Source: Ferruginibacter sp.
GTDB taxonomy: Bacteria; Bacteroidota; Bacteroidia; Chitinophagales; Chitinophagaceae
DNA length: 64,000 nucleotides
Reading direction: 5' to 3'
Assembly: GCA_035486495.1 (NCBI GenBank)
Contig: DATHNB010000370.1
Span: forward strand, 2,588-66,587
In this document: positions 9,971-17,794 of the stretch, piece after piece
How positions within the stretch are numbered: the stretch's first letter is position 1
Layout of the letters: each line of letters opens with the position of its first letter
Program-made: the position numbers and the translations under genes
The notes under the pieces: generated by a model
What the model was told of the DNA's origin: nothing
The model's database searches: none
The model's input: the letters and a program-made list of their open reading frames with translations, nothing else

Positions 9971-10002
9971 CAAATATATCTTTTCTCAACCACGTATTTT
10001 TG
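9971..10002. promoter_or_regulatory. Back-to-back divergent -7 elements (RidA / tsaB)
   Basis: TATATTTG on minus (9978-9971) and TATTTTTG on plus (9995-10002), only 16 bp apart. Confidence 0.6.
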
Positions 10003-10017
10003 CGAAAGAAGAAAACA

Positions 10018-10701
10018 ATGAGTTTAATAATAAATATAGATACTGCAACAGAAGTTGCCCATGTTAGCATTGCAAAAGATGGTGTTGTTTTGCAACAAGC
10101 ATTCAATGCCAATCAAATGGATCATGCAGGTTTTTTGCAGGTAGCTATAAAGAATATTTTGCTTGAAGCTGATATCAGTTTTAAACATATAGATGCCATT
10201 GCAGTAACAATAGGTCCCGGTTCATATACAGGCTTGCGTGTTGGTTTGGCTAGCGCAAAGGGTTTGTGTTATGCATTGAATAAACCATTGATAACCATTG
10301 GAACATTAGATGTTTTGGCAAAATCAGCACTCATCTCACCAGAAAAAAACTCATTCAAAACAAATGCTTTATTGTGCCCGATGATTGACGCAAGACGAAT
10401 GGAAGTATTTACCGCTATATTCGATCAATCTTTACAAATTGTTTTACCCGCGTGCGCTTTGGTTTTGGATCAAAACTCATTTAAAGAATTATTGGAAGGG
10501 TACCATATTACTTTTTTAGGTAATGGGAGTAAAAAATGGCAAGATATCTGTCATCATCCTAACGCAATATTCATGGATATTGATATTAATCCCTTTGCAA
10601 TGAGTCAGTTATCAAAAGAAAAATATGAGAATAAAGATTTTTCTGATCTGGCTTACACAGAACCTATGTATATAAAGGAGTTTTATTTGAATACAATTTA
10701 A
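10018..10701 (+). CDS. tsaB: tRNA threonylcarbamoyladenosine biosynthesis protein TsaB
   Basis: IDTAT, GPGSYTGLRVG, PMIDARRMEV and EPMYIKEF. ATG 10018 is preferred over TTG 10000. Confidence 0.94.
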   Translation: MSLIINIDTATEVAHVSIAKDGVVLQQAFNANQMDHAGFLQVAIKNILLEADISFKHIDAIAVTIGPGSYTGLRVGLASAKGLCYALNKPLITIGTLDVLAKSALISPEKNSFKTNALLCPMIDARRMEVFTAIFDQSLQIVLPACALVLDQNSFKELLEGYHITFLGNGSKKWQDICHHPNAIFMDIDINPFAMSQLSKEKYENKDFSDLAYTEPMYIKEFYLNTI

Positions 10702-10774
10702 TGACAATTGCCTTCGTTAATATCATAAAATCACCGTTTATATAAAACCCATTACTTATTCCTTACATATTTTA

Positions 10775-10782
10775 TATATTTG
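10775..10782 (+). promoter_or_regulatory. -7 promoter element (ArsR gene)
   Basis: TATATTTG. Confidence 0.55.
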
Positions 10783-10813
10783 CTCTTTCCTACATAAATA
10801 AAAATTAATTGAT

Positions 10814-11161
10814 ATGATTAGCCAAGATGCTGTTGCAGAAGAGGAAAAATCAACCTTACAAGAAAAAGCTGCTATTAAAGTTGATTATTATAATGTAAAA
10901 AAAGCGGCCCTTACTTTAAGAGCGCTGAATCATAAACTTCGTCAGCAATTACTAAAATTAATTGACGAAGAAAAAAAGATCACTGTAACTGAGATATATG
11001 TTAAACTTAAATTAGAGCAATCTGTTGCGTCTCAACATTTGGCTATTTTAAGAAAAGCAGGGATAGTTAGCACCGAACGCGATGGTAAGTTTATCTACTA
11101 CATCGTTAACCACAAAAGAATCGAAGAGATCAACAAATTTGTTGGCGAATTAGTGAATTAG
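10814..11161 (+). CDS. ArsR/SmtB-family transcriptional regulator
   Basis: LRALNHKLRQQLL, EQSVASQHLAILRKAGIV helix-turn-helix and RDGKFIYY wing; contains no cysteine. Confidence 0.9.
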   Translation: MISQDAVAEEEKSTLQEKAAIKVDYYNVKKAALTLRALNHKLRQQLLKLIDEEKKITVTEIYVKLKLEQSVASQHLAILRKAGIVSTERDGKFIYYIVNHKRIEEINKFVGELVN

Positions 11162-11182
11162 TCGTCGTTAAAAATATTATGC

Positions 11183-11214
11183 AAAGCGGATGTTGTAACA
11201 GCATCCACTTTTTT
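11183..11214 (+). terminator. Intrinsic terminator after the ArsR gene
   Basis: AAAGCGGATGTTG-TAA-CAGCATCCACTTT followed by a T-run. Confidence 0.7.
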
Positions 11215-11219
11215 ATTTT

Positions 11220-11227
11220 TATCTTTG
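11220..11227 (+). promoter_or_regulatory. -7 promoter element (MBL-rhodanese gene)
   Basis: TATCTTTG ending 7 nt before the ATG. Confidence 0.65.
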
Positions 11228-11234
11228 TAGAACG

Positions 11235-12638
11235 ATGTACGTTCAACAATTATATACAGGATGTTTAAGCGAAGCTGCCTATTACATTGAAAGCAATGGC
11301 GAAGCTGCTATCATAGATCCATTGAGGGATATTGAAGAATATATCAAATTGGCAAAGGAGAGAAAAGCTGAGATCAAGTATATTTTTGAAACACATTTTC
11401 ATGCAGATTTTGTAAGCGGGCATTTGGATCTAAGCAAAAAAACGGGCGCACCTATTATTTACGGTCCGGAAACAATAACAAATTTTCCTGTTCACATTGC
11501 AAAAGACGGTGAAGTTTTTAAACTTGGTAAAATAAATTTAGAAGTATTGCATACACCAGGACATACAATTGAGAGCAGCTGTTATTTATTAAAAGATGAA
11601 ACGGGAAAACCGAATGCGATTTTTACGGGAGATACATTGTTTGTAGGAGATGTTGGAAGACCAGATCTCAGCAGTGGTGATATGAGTAAAGAAGAATTGG
11701 CGGGTATCATGTATGATACTATTCAAACGAAGCTATTGCCTTTGGCAGATGATATATTAGTTTATCCTGCACATGGCGCAGGTAGTAGCTGCGGAAAAAA
11801 TTTAGGTCCAAATACATTCAGCACGATCGGTGAAGAAAAGAAAAACAATTACGCGTTACAACCACAATCAAAAGATAATTTTATAAAAATAGTTATAGAT
11901 GGGCTTGAAGAAGCGCCAAAATATTTTTCTATGAATGCAAAAATTAATAAAGAAGGGTATGATAGCTTAGATGCTATTAAAGAAAAAGGATTAATTGCTT
12001 TAACTGTTGAAGCATTTAAAACTAAAGTAGAAGGAGATGTGATCATTGTAGATACGAGGCCCGTTGAGGTTTTTACACAAGGGTTTATTCCTGAAAGTAT
12101 TTTTATTGGATTAGATGGCCGCTTTGCAGAATGGGCCGGAACTATATTGCCTTTTGATAAAGCATTAGTATTAGTTACAGAAAAAGATAAAGAAGAAGAA
12201 AGCTTAGTACGTTTGGCAAGAGTGGGGTTTTCTAAAATAGAAGGATACTTAGCTGGAGGTTTTGAAGCCTGGCAAAGTGCAGGTGAAAAAGTAGATATGA
12301 TCATCGAAGTAGAACCGGATGAATTAGCAATGGATATTCCGCACGATCCAAACTTAGTGGTAGTGGATGTTAGAAGAGAAGCAGAATTTGCAGAGGGCCA
12401 TGTAAAAGATGCTATCAATCTACCTTTAGATGAAATGGTGGATGTTGCAGCAATTGCTTCTTTCGAAGAAAATCAAAACCTATATGTTCATTGCGGTGGC
12501 GGTTATAGAAGTGTTATTGCAGCTTCATTAATGAAAAGACATGGCTTGCATAATCTACGCAACGTAACAGGAGGCTGGGTAAAGATCAAAGAAGAAAAAG
12601 GAATTAAGATCAAGAAGGATACTAGTAAGTTGAATTAA
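11235..12638 (+). CDS. Persulfide dioxygenase-like MBL fused to two rhodanese domains (CstB-like)
   Basis: HFHADFVSG, HTPGHT, FTGDTLFVGDVGRPDL and PAHGAGSSCG. First rhodanese lacks an active Cys; second has HCGGGYRS. Confidence 0.88.
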   Translation: MYVQQLYTGCLSEAAYYIESNGEAAIIDPLRDIEEYIKLAKERKAEIKYIFETHFHADFVSGHLDLSKKTGAPIIYGPETITNFPVHIAKDGEVFKLGKINLEVLHTPGHTIESSCYLLKDETGKPNAIFTGDTLFVGDVGRPDLSSGDMSKEELAGIMYDTIQTKLLPLADDILVYPAHGAGSSCGKNLGPNTFSTIGEEKKNNYALQPQSKDNFIKIVIDGLEEAPKYFSMNAKINKEGYDSLDAIKEKGLIALTVEAFKTKVEGDVIIVDTRPVEVFTQGFIPESIFIGLDGRFAEWAGTILPFDKALVLVTEKDKEEESLVRLARVGFSKIEGYLAGGFEAWQSAGEKVDMIIEVEPDELAMDIPHDPNLVVVDVRREAEFAEGHVKDAINLPLDEMVDVAAIASFEENQNLYVHCGGGYRSVIAASLMKRHGLHNLRNVTGGWVKIKEEKGIKIKKDTSKLN

Positions 12639-12652
12639 GTAATTGCTATATT

Positions 12653-12716
12653 GTTTGATTGATAAATTGTTGTTAGAAAATAGCACCAAAACAATTTATC
12701 AGTGCAACCATCAAAC
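12653..12716. terminator. Long inverted repeat between convergent genes (bidirectional terminator candidate)
   Basis: TGATAAATTGTT (12660-12671) / AACAATTTATCA (12690-12701), with outer GTTTGAT/ATCAAAC arms. Confidence 0.6.
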
Positions 12717-12718
12717 TA

Positions 12719-13243
12719 TTAAAGATTAGTCTTCAATTCTAACAAAAAAGCTTTCAATTTCTTCAGGGATTCTATCGTGGCAAATTTTTCATCCGTCTTT
12801 TTATTATTTTTTAAAAAGTCTTTAGCACCTTCGAGTGTATATTTTTTTTCTCTTATTAGGTGATGAATGAGCTGTAGATTTTTGATGTCTTCAGGACGAA
12901 ACATTCTATCGCCCTTTCCATTTTTTTTAGGTTTCAGTATATCAAATTCATTTTCCCAAAAACGGAGAAGAGATTGATTTACTTTAAACATTTCGGCAAC
13001 AGTTCCGATCGTATAATATTGTTTTTGAAATAAGATCTCATCTAGCGGTACATCTATCAGATCAGCACCGGCAACCATTTCCTTTAAACTCTTTCTTCCT
13101 CTAGTTGATTTTTTTTGTACAGGAATTTTTTCGATCGGGAGATCTATTATTTCGGTCTTGATAATAAGCGGCTTCTGTAACCCAACCGGTTTTTTTATTG
13201 GGTCCTCATCAAAAGAAAAATTTATCTGGGTATCATCCGTCAT
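12719..13243 (-). CDS. MerR-family HTH protein with a long N-terminal extension
   Basis: YYTIGTVAEMFKVNQSLLRFWENEF and GDRMF MerR HTH; no effector-binding domain. Confidence 0.85.
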   Translation of the reverse strand: MTDDTQINFSFDEDPIKKPVGLQKPLIIKTEIIDLPIEKIPVQKKSTRGRKSLKEMVAGADLIDVPLDEILFQKQYYTIGTVAEMFKVNQSLLRFWENEFDILKPKKNGKGDRMFRPEDIKNLQLIHHLIREKKYTLEGAKDFLKNNKKTDEKFATIESLKKLKAFLLELKTNL

Positions 13244-13252
13244 GCTTTAAAG

Positions 13253-14227
13253 TTAATCAAAACTTTTCGCACTGCCAGTAGAAGCGATTTTTAATAATCG
13301 ATCAAATTGATCTGGATTGATATCATTATAAAAGAAATAAACCGGATCAACGGCTTCTCCGTTAACATGAATTTCGTAATGGCAATGTGGACCGGTACTT
13401 TTACCGGTACTGCCTACCCATCCTATTACTTCGCCTCTTGTTACATGTTCGCCCGAATGAACTTTTACTTTTACCATGTGGCCGTAAATAGTTTCATATC
13501 CATAACCATGGTTGATTTCTACATGGTTACCATATCCACCATCGGTAAAGCCGGCCACGGCCACAGTTCCGTTAGCGGTTGCATAAATAGGAGTTCCCTG
13601 AGGCGCAGCAAAATCAAGCCCCTTGTGCATTTTAGGCGTGCCATAAACAGGATCAATGCGCATACCAAAACCGCTAGCAATTCTTGTCAGGTCCTTATTG
13701 CTAACGGGTTGTATCGCAGGAATACAGGCCAGTTTAACACCCTGGTTTTTTATTAATTTTTCAATTTCAGTATAGCTGTTTAATTGAAAAGCGGCTCTGG
13801 CAGCAAGCTTATCAAGCGTTTGGGCCACAGCATCAGCAATAGTATCGTCACCAATTATATTTACTTTATCAAATTCTTTCTGTTTTTCTATCATCTTTTC
13901 TCTGGCACTATCCGGCATAGGATTGGCTTCAAAAATAGAACGGTAAACATCATTATCACGCTTTTCCAATACGCCCAGCTGATCTTGTAAAGTTTTCACC
14001 TTGTCGTTTAAAGCACTGTAATTATCCTTCATGGCAGTGTATTTACTGTTCATGGCAAGATCCTGTGGTTTAGGGATAAACCGGTTATAAACAGTAATGA
14101 TAATAGCAGAAGAAACAAGGGCCGTAGAGATAAAACCGAATACACGCAATAGTTTCACCTGAAGAGGTGTAACTAATTTTTCATACCGCAGCGTATTGGT
14201 ATTGTAGAAATATTTTATTTTTCTCAT
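13253..14227 (-). CDS. M23 family metallopeptidase
   Basis: N-terminal TM, coiled coil, PAIQPV, HKGLD (HxxxD) and GPHCHYE (HxH). Confidence 0.92.
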   Translation of the reverse strand: MRKIKYFYNTNTLRYEKLVTPLQVKLLRVFGFISTALVSSAIIITVYNRFIPKPQDLAMNSKYTAMKDNYSALNDKVKTLQDQLGVLEKRDNDVYRSIFEANPMPDSAREKMIEKQKEFDKVNIIGDDTIADAVAQTLDKLAARAAFQLNSYTEIEKLIKNQGVKLACIPAIQPVSNKDLTRIASGFGMRIDPVYGTPKMHKGLDFAAPQGTPIYATANGTVAVAGFTDGGYGNHVEINHGYGYETIYGHMVKVKVHSGEHVTRGEVIGWVGSTGKSTGPHCHYEIHVNGEAVDPVYFFYNDINPDQFDRLLKIASTGSAKSFD

Positions 14228-14237
14228 ACTAATTCGG

Positions 14238-14286
14238 CAAACTTACATACAACAAGTGTAGCTGTCAGCCCTAATCCTTAAATTTG
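14238..14286. promoter_or_regulatory. Divergent -7 elements (M23 peptidase / alaS)
   Basis: TAAGTTTG on minus (14245-14238) and TAAATTTG on plus (14279-14286). Confidence 0.65.
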
Positions 14287-14405
14287 CAGCCTCTGTATTG
14301 TTAAAAGAACACAAATATAGACCGATAAATTGCAAAAAACATCCTAAAAATAATTGGAATATGTCCACTAGTGTTGAAACAAAGTCACCTACCGTAAATG
14401 AAAAA

Positions 14406-17054
14406 ATGTTGACGGCGAAGCAAATTCGTCAGCAGTTTCTTGATTTTTTTAAATCGAAGGGTCATGCCATTGTTCCATCGGCGCCAATTGTATTAAAAGA
14501 TGACCCAACCTTATTGTTTACCAATGCAGGGATGAACCAGTTTAAAGATTATTTTTTAGGCAATAAACCTGCACCACATAAAAGAATAGCCGATACACAA
14601 AAATGTTTACGCGTAAGCGGCAAGCATAATGATCTGGAAGAAGTTGGTGTAGATACCTACCATCATACTATGTTTGAAATGTTGGGCAACTGGAGCTTTG
14701 GTGATTATTTTAAAAAAGAAGCCATTGAATGGAGCTGGGAATTATTGGTTGATGTATATAAAATTCCAAAGGATCGTTTGTATGTTACTGTTTTTGAAGG
14801 CGATACAAAAGAAAATATTCCGAAGGATGAAGAAGCTGCAAGCGAATGGACAAAAAGGGTTGCGCCTGACAGAATTTTATTAGGAAATAAAAAAGATAAT
14901 TTCTGGGAGATGGGCGATACTGGTCCTTGTGGTCCGTGTACTGAAATTCATGTGGATTGCAGAAATGATGATGAAAGAAAAAAGATCGATGGTGCCACAT
15001 TGGTGAATAATGATCATCCGCAGGTAATAGAAATTTGGAACAATGTATTCATCCAATTCAACAGAAAAAAAGATGGCAGCTTAGAACAATTGCCTGCAAA
15101 ACATGTTGATACAGGAATGGGCTTTGAACGTTTGGTAAGAGTATTGCAAGGCAAGCAAAGTAATTATGATACAGATGTTTTTACAGGAACAATTGCCGCA
15201 ACAGAAAAGATCACCGAAAAGAAATACGATTTTAGCGATAGTAAAGAAGCTATTGCATTTCGTGTATTAGCAGATCATATCCGCGCCATATCTTTCACAA
15301 TTGCAGACGGACAGCTTCCGTCAAATACAGGTGCGGGTTATGTTATACGCCGTATCTTAAGAAGAGCCGTTCGTTATTATTATTCTTATCTTGATTACAA
15401 GCAACCTTTGTTGCATCAATTGTTACCGGTTATTGCGGAACAATTTGCAGGAGTATTTCCTGAATTGATTAAACAACTAGATTTTTTAAGCAGGGTAATT
15501 AAAGAAGAAGAAGAAGCTTTTTTAAGAACATTGGAAAAAGGGTTGATAAGAGTAGAAATGTTCATGTCTCTTGATGGATTACAATTAATGAAAGAAGGAA
15601 GTAAAGAGGCAAATATATTACCAGGCAAACTTGCTTTTGAATTGTATGATACTTTTGGATTCCCATTAGATTTAACAAAATTGATTGCAAACGAAAAAGG
15701 TTTAGAAGTTGATGAAAAAGGGTTCGAAATAGAAATGCTTCAACAAAAAACGCGTAGCAGATCCGCTGCTATTTTAGATACAGAAGATTGGGTAACATTA
15801 ATCGAAAACGTACAAAACAAATTCGTCGGTTACGATTCTCTTGAAACAAAAAGCAAAGTTGTTAAGTATCGCAAAGTGACAGCTAAAGGGAAAGAGTCTT
15901 ACCAATTGGTTTTAGAGATAACTCCTTTTTATGCTGAAAGTGGTGGACAGGTAGGCGATACGGGACAATTGATAATTGATAATGAACAATTGATAATTAC
16001 GAATACAAAAAGAGAAAATGATCTCATTATTCACTTTACGGATAAAATCCCTGCAAAATTAACCGGCGATGTAATCGCAAAGGTTGATGTAGCAAGAAGA
16101 AAAGCAATCTCTGTTCATCACAGTGTTACACATTTAATGCATGCAGCTTTACGCAAAGTATTAGGTACGCATGTGGCGCAAAAAGGAAGTTTGGTAAATG
16201 ATGAATACCTGCGTTTTGACTTTTCGCATTTTGCTAAAGTAACGGATGAAGAAATTCTTGCAGTAGAAAAAATCGTAAATGAAAAGATCAGGGAAAATAT
16301 TCCGGTAGTTATTAAATCAATGCATAAAGATGAAGCCGTTGCTTTAGGTGCAATGGCTTTGTTTGGAGAAAAATATGGCGATATAGTTAGAGTGGTCATT
16401 ATGGATCCCAATTATTCATTGGAACTATGTGGTGGTACACATGTTGGCAGCACAGGAGAATTGGGCATTTTTAAAATTCAAAGCGAAAGTGCTGTAGCGG
16501 CAGGTGTTCGCAGAATTGAAGCAGTGTGTGGAGCTGCAGCGGAAAAATATATTAATGAGGAGTTTGATCTGCTGAAAACAATTCGCGAAACATTAAAAAA
16601 TCCAAAAGAAGTTTCTAAAGCGGTAGGTAATTTATTGATTGAGAAAACAAGTTTAGAAAAAAGGATAGAAGGATTAGAAGCAAGACAATTAGTTGGTATC
16701 AGAAATGAATTATTGCAGAAAGATGAGATAATTAACAATGTAACATTTGTAGGAGAAATAATTGAAGTTGGTTCTGCAGATGTATTAAAGAAATTATGTT
16801 TCGATTTGAAGAATCATTTGCATGATCATGTGGTAGTACTATGTGCTAATATTGATGGGAAAGCAAATGTGGCCATCGGAATTTCTGATACGGTTGTTTC
16901 AGCCAAAGGATTAGATGCGGGAAAGATCATTAAAGAACATGTTTCTAAATTGATCAATGGCGGCGGCGGCGGACAGAAAAACCTTGCTACTGCAGGCGGA
17001 CAGGATATTAGTAATTTGAAACAAGTGATTGAAACGGTGAAATCAATGTTATAA
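14406..17054 (+). CDS. alaS: Alanine--tRNA ligase
   Basis: LLFTNAGMNQFK, HHTMFEMLGNWSFG, DTGMGFERL, editing ELCGGTH and C-Ala GGGGG. ATG 14406 matches the usual family N-terminus; ATG 14361 is an alternative. Confidence 0.97.
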   Translation: MLTAKQIRQQFLDFFKSKGHAIVPSAPIVLKDDPTLLFTNAGMNQFKDYFLGNKPAPHKRIADTQKCLRVSGKHNDLEEVGVDTYHHTMFEMLGNWSFGDYFKKEAIEWSWELLVDVYKIPKDRLYVTVFEGDTKENIPKDEEAASEWTKRVAPDRILLGNKKDNFWEMGDTGPCGPCTEIHVDCRNDDERKKIDGATLVNNDHPQVIEIWNNVFIQFNRKKDGSLEQLPAKHVDTGMGFERLVRVLQGKQSNYDTDVFTGTIAATEKITEKKYDFSDSKEAIAFRVLADHIRAISFTIADGQLPSNTGAGYVIRRILRRAVRYYYSYLDYKQPLLHQLLPVIAEQFAGVFPELIKQLDFLSRVIKEEEEAFLRTLEKGLIRVEMFMSLDGLQLMKEGSKEANILPGKLAFELYDTFGFPLDLTKLIANEKGLEVDEKGFEIEMLQQKTRSRSAAILDTEDWVTLIENVQNKFVGYDSLETKSKVVKYRKVTAKGKESYQLVLEITPFYAESGGQVGDTGQLIIDNEQLIITNTKRENDLIIHFTDKIPAKLTGDVIAKVDVARRKAISVHHSVTHLMHAALRKVLGTHVAQKGSLVNDEYLRFDFSHFAKVTDEEILAVEKIVNEKIRENIPVVIKSMHKDEAVALGAMALFGEKYGDIVRVVIMDPNYSLELCGGTHVGSTGELGIFKIQSESAVAAGVRRIEAVCGAAAEKYINEEFDLLKTIRETLKNPKEVSKAVGNLLIEKTSLEKRIEGLEARQLVGIRNELLQKDEIINNVTFVGEIIEVGSADVLKKLCFDLKNHLHDHVVVLCANIDGKANVAIGISDTVVSAKGLDAGKIIKEHVSKLINGGGGGQKNLATAGGQDISNLKQVIETVKSML
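15966..16000 (+). repeat. In-frame heptamer array inside alaS
   Basis: CAATTGA TAATTGA TAATGAA CAATTGA TAATTAC, encoding QLIIDNEQLII. Confidence 0.65.
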
Positions 17055-17057
17055 GGC

Positions 17058-17154
17058 AATTGGGCTAAAGCCGGGTCATATCTTAAAAATCAATAACCCC
17101 CGAATTAATTCGGGGGTTATTAGTAAATACAATATTCAGGGCTTTAGCCCAATT
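17058..17154. repeat. Nested palindromic REP/MITE-like element
   Basis: Perfect 15-bp terminal IR AATTGGGCTAAAGCC (17058-17072 / 17140-17154) enclosing a perfect 30-bp palindrome (17092-17121). Confidence 0.85.
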
Positions 17155-17157
17155 CCG

Positions 17158-17595
17158 TTACTTAATTATTTTTAGTCGCAGTAAAATAGTGTACACATAA
17201 CAACCGGCACAAAAGCTCAGGAAAGATTCCAGAAAAGCAAAGCTGGCAAAAATAATTGCTAAAATAAACGACGCTTTTGTAAAATCAATCAGTAATAGTA
17301 TTACAACCAAAACAGATAACACAAATCCTATTCCCGCTGCAAATCTCTTCGGAGCCTGATCAATAGGCTTATTGGGTATCTTAAATTGTTTAACGGTAGC
17401 ACCGCTCAAAATATTCAGCGGACTGAATTTCCCCCAATTAAAAGCGCGCAAAAAGAAATCGATCGCCAGGAAAATAAATATTGGTAAAGCGTTTATAAAG
17501 AAAGAAGTTATTACCAATAATAAAACCCATAAAGCTGTTAATCTTACCCTGTTTTCGTTGACTGTTATAAAATCAACCGGACATTCTTTTTCCAT
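17158..17595 (-). CDS. DUF4395-like membrane protein
   Basis: VNENRVR, APKRFAAGIG and LESFLSFCAGC motifs. Confidence 0.75.
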   Translation of the reverse strand: MEKECPVDFITVNENRVRLTALWVLLLVITSFFINALPIFIFLAIDFFLRAFNWGKFSPLNILSGATVKQFKIPNKPIDQAPKRFAAGIGFVLSVLVVILLLIDFTKASFILAIIFASFAFLESFLSFCAGCYVYTILLRLKIIK

Positions 17596-17610
17596 AACAA
17601 AATATTTAAT

Positions 17611-17631
17611 AATCTACTAAAAAAGTAGACT
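17611..17631. promoter_or_regulatory. Operator-like palindrome at the DUF4395 transcription start
   Basis: AATCTACT-AAAAA-AGTAGACT, directly downstream (minus strand) of TAAATTTG at 17642-17635. Confidence 0.55.
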
Positions 17632-17781
17632 ACACAAATTTAATAAAATTGCTGCACGCTTTAAACTTTTTTCGGTTTAAAACGTCCAATTCGCGCGTTT
17701 TAACGTATAATATTTAACGTTTTCGTTTAAAAAACGAATAAAATACCGCGTTTCAAATTAATAAATCTTATCAATCAAGGT

Positions 17782-17789
17782 TAACTTTG
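17782..17789 (+). promoter_or_regulatory. -7 promoter element (gatB)
   Basis: TAACTTTG ending 5 nt before the GTG/ATG start. Confidence 0.65.
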
Positions 17790-17794
17790 CCACC

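Noticed and set aside
11849-12418. 189-aa antisense ORF, and similar shadow ORFs at 13307-13756, 18085-18576, 46837-47211 and others
   Set aside because: They lie wholly opposite or inside well-supported genes, have no recognisable motifs, and show the Ser/Ile/Phe-rich composition typical of antisense frames.
14298-14405. N-terminal extension of AlaRS in the ORF track, and similar extensions for actA, polA, rlmD, RidA and MMPL
   Set aside because: These reflect longest-ORF calling through promoter or leader DNA; downstream starts match family N-termini.
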